Source: an uncultured Syntrophobacterales bacterium (lineage in GTDB: Bacteria > Desulfobacterota > BSN033 > WVXP01 > G020346125). From it: 45,082 nt of DNA. Location: NCBI GenBank assembly GCA_965371165.1, contig CBDUXJ010000002.1, positions 1 to 45,082 on the forward strand, written 5' to 3'. The notes below the pieces were generated by a model. The model did not search any database and had not been told where the DNA came from. It saw only the letters and a list, made by a program, of their open reading frames with translations. This document shows, piece by piece, positions 42,996 to 45,082 of the stretch. Made by a program: the position numbers and the translations under genes. Position 1 is the first letter of the stretch, and every line of letters starts with the position of its first letter.

Positions 42996-44492
42996 TTACT
43001 TCTCCCCCTTAACGCCCTTTCCCATCGCCCAGAGTCTCCTCAACTGGGGGGAGAAGAGGGAGAGGATAGAGAGTATGATGAGGGTGGCACTCAATGGCGA
43101 GCTGACAAGAACCAATGCCTTGTTACCAGAGATAATCATGGCCTGTCTCAGGTTTTCCTCCGCAATGGGCCCCAAAACGACCCCCAGAATCATTGGAGCC
43201 AGAGGATAGTCATATTTTTCCATGAAAAAGCCGATAATAGCAAAAATGATCATAATCCAGATATCGCCGAAATTATTACGGATGGCGAAAGTACCAACGA
43301 CGCAGAAGATCATAATGCCGGGACCCAAAATGTTGTACGGGAGCTCGATCACCTTGGAGAAGTATCTGATGAACACTTTTGCCAGGATGATTATGGATAG
43401 GTTGGCCAAAAACATCCCTACGAAGATAGTATAGACCAACGCGGGTTGCTGCATGAAGAGCAGAGGGCCAGGTTTTAACCCGTGAATCAGAAAGGCACCC
43501 AGCATAATGGCCGTCCCCGCACTTCCCGGTATGCCCAGAGTGAGCAGAGGAACCATAGCGCCACTGCAAGCGGCATTATTGGCGGCCTCCGGCGCGGCTA
43601 CTCCTTCAGGAATTCCCGTCCCGAATTTTTCGGGATGTTTGGACCACCTTACGGCTTCACTTAACCCCACAAAGGCACCAGTGGTAGCCCCTATACCCGG
43701 TAAGATCCCGATGAAGGTACCAATAAGGGATGAGCGAAGGATCAATCCCTTGAGGCTATTGATGAGCTTAAGGGATGGCAATTTCGCCTTTGCCTTTGCC
43801 CGAATACCCCCCATCTCCCTCATCTCCTTGATTCGGTTGAGAACCTCGGCTACAGCGAAGAGTCCGATGATCACGGGAATGAAATTTATCCCGCTCAGTA
43901 GGGTGGTGGTGCCAAAGGTAAACCTATTGAAGCCTGATATCTTATCTATTCCAACGGTTGCAACGAAAAGGCCCACGAGCGCGGAAATGAGGGCCTTCAA
44001 TTCGTTCTTTGTAGCGAAACTACTCACCACACTGAGCCCAAGAACAGCTAGGGCGAAATACTCAGAGGGACCGAATTCGAGGGCCACCTTGGCCAATTGC
44101 GGTGCGATAAGGGCCAACATGGCTGTCCCGAAGAGCCCACCGATAACTGAGCTGAATATATCCACGCCCAAGGCCTCGCCCGCGAGTCCCTTCTTGGCCA
44201 TCATATGCCCATCCAGGGTTGCGGCAACGCCTTCTGGGGCCCCAGGCGTACGGAATAAAATCCCGCTAATGGAACCGGCATATACAGAGGAAGCATAGAG
44301 AGCCACTAAAAGCAAGATAGCCGCGGCCGGGTCCATTACATAGGTTATTGGAACTGCCAGGGCGAGGGCCATGGTCCCGCTGATGCCCGGAATGGCACCG
44401 GCCATGATACCTAAGGAACTCCCGATAACGATGACAAAGAGGTTATAAGGCTCTATAGCGGTAAATAACCCCTGTGTCCAGTAGTAAAACAT
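42996..44492 (-). CDS. tctA: Tripartite tricarboxylate transporter large permease subunit
   Basis: 498 aa, about 12 TM. GIMAGAIPGISGTMALAL and GILPGIGATTGAF repeats typical of TctA. Confidence 0.88.
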   Translation of the reverse strand: MFYYWTQGLFTAIEPYNLFVIVIGSSLGIMAGAIPGISGTMALALAVPITYVMDPAAAILLLVALYASSVYAGSISGILFRTPGAPEGVAATLDGHMMAKKGLAGEALGVDIFSSVIGGLFGTAMLALIAPQLAKVALEFGPSEYFALAVLGLSVVSSFATKNELKALISALVGLFVATVGIDKISGFNRFTFGTTTLLSGINFIPVIIGLFAVAEVLNRIKEMREMGGIRAKAKAKLPSLKLINSLKGLILRSSLIGTFIGILPGIGATTGAFVGLSEAVRWSKHPEKFGTGIPEGVAAPEAANNAACSGAMVPLLTLGIPGSAGTAIMLGAFLIHGLKPGPLLFMQQPALVYTIFVGMFLANLSIIILAKVFIRYFSKVIELPYNILGPGIMIFCVVGTFAIRNNFGDIWIMIIFAIIGFFMEKYDYPLAPMILGVVLGPIAEENLRQAMIISGNKALVLVSSPLSATLIILSILSLFSPQLRRLWAMGKGVKGEK

Positions 44493-44519
44493 ATCTTCCC
44501 CATAATGACAAAACGTGAA

Positions 44520-45002
44520 TCATAACCCTAACATGATACTGATGTCATGAAATACCCCGAACCCCTTCGGCAGGGGTACGAACAGTAATTTACTGAAAAT
44601 GATATAGATCATGACCATGATGCCCAGAACGGCAAAAGGGATCACCTTTTTCCGTGTGGGCATGATGAGAAGCATCATCCCGATGATAAAAAGAGGTGAT
44701 GCGACGATAAACCCCAATGGTTTTAGGAAGTAGACGTATGTCACGGCGAGGAGGACCACGATGAAAACCCTTTTCCAGCCTGCCTCTCGCTCGCTCACTT
44801 TATCCCGGGATTTCCTCCATTTGATGACATTTGAGAGGGTGAGGGCCGCGCTCAGTACGATGAGGCAGAACAAGACGATTTTGGGCCAAAAATCCGGCCC
44901 CACCTCCTTATAGGCGCGAAATTCCCCCAGTCTCATGGCCTCGAAATAGAGATAACAGGAGACCACCAATATGAAGAGACTGATTGCGATTTGGCCCACC
45001 AT
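44520..45002 (-). CDS. tctB: Tripartite tricarboxylate transporter small subunit
   Basis: 160 aa, 4 TM, immediately upstream of tctA. FWPKIVL motif typical of TctB. Confidence 0.7.
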   Translation of the reverse strand: MVGQIAISLFILVVSCYLYFEAMRLGEFRAYKEVGPDFWPKIVLFCLIVLSAALTLSNVIKWRKSRDKVSEREAGWKRVFIVVLLAVTYVYFLKPLGFIVASPLFIIGMMLLIMPTRKKVIPFAVLGIMVMIYIIFSKLLFVPLPKGFGVFHDISIMLGL

Positions 45003-45022
45003 AATTATTCACCACTAAGAAT

Positions 45023-45082
45023 GACGGATTCGTAAAAAGTCCATCTGCCGTTCGACATGCTCACGGCCCTGAGCAAAGCCGA
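45023..45082 (+). repeat. Repeat family A, copy 3 (left end only, cut by the window edge)
   Basis: 59 of 60 nt identical to 3031-3090, including CGTAAAAAGTC (45031-45041) and the 42-nt internal module. Lies 20 nt upstream of the tctB start. Confidence 0.8.

Overview
All calls come from reading the sequence and the ORF track; no database searches were run. The window looks like chromosomal core DNA of moderate GC. I see no transposase, integrase, phage gene, rRNA, tRNA or CRISPR. Gene content suggests an uncultured anaerobe of Deltaproteobacteria-like type, but that taxon is only an inference.

Gene content, left to right:
- Left end: an acyl-CoA synthetase, a stand-alone GcvH next to a GlcD-type FAD oxidase fused to an HdrD/GlcF-like Fe-S/CCG module, then a second acyl-CoA synthetase.
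- A long minus-strand housekeeping string: miaA, hfq, scpB, rluB, a phosphorylase-family gene, an orphan PAS histidine kinase and an acyl-CoA ligase.
- A small Fis-type HTH gene and a two-gene RND efflux pair.
- A second minus-strand string: short nadE, gdh, purH N-domain only, purD, purE, tsaC.
- A GAF-ANTAR regulator followed by a leader terminator, a stand-alone glutamate-synthase FMN-domain gene and a glutamine-dependent nadE.
- A 3' remnant of glnA.
- pxpABC (5-oxoprolinase), a Liv-type ABC importer and a D-glutamate-cyclase-family (DUF1445/YcsI) gene.
- carAB behind a consensus promoter and a leader terminator.
- tctBA at the right end.

The most unusual feature is the non-coding DNA. 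Nearly every large intergenic gap holds one of four inter-related, highly structured repeat families:
- Family A: three copies, with at most three mismatches between any two over their shared sequence, bracketed by an 11-nt inverted repeat.
- Family B: 8-nt-period ATTCCA arrays plus 9-nt-period arrays.
- Family C: bounded by terminal inverted repeats.
- Family D: built on AAATCCGAA and TTCGAA motifs.

Families B, C and D share a 10-mer core, and one composite copy sits exactly at the truncation point of glnA.

Best candidates for follow-up:
- the ANTAR-type dual-hexaloop antiterminator leader;
- the pxpABC / ABC importer / DUF1445 locus;
- the GcvH plus FAD/CCG oxidoreductase pair;
- the repeat system itself.
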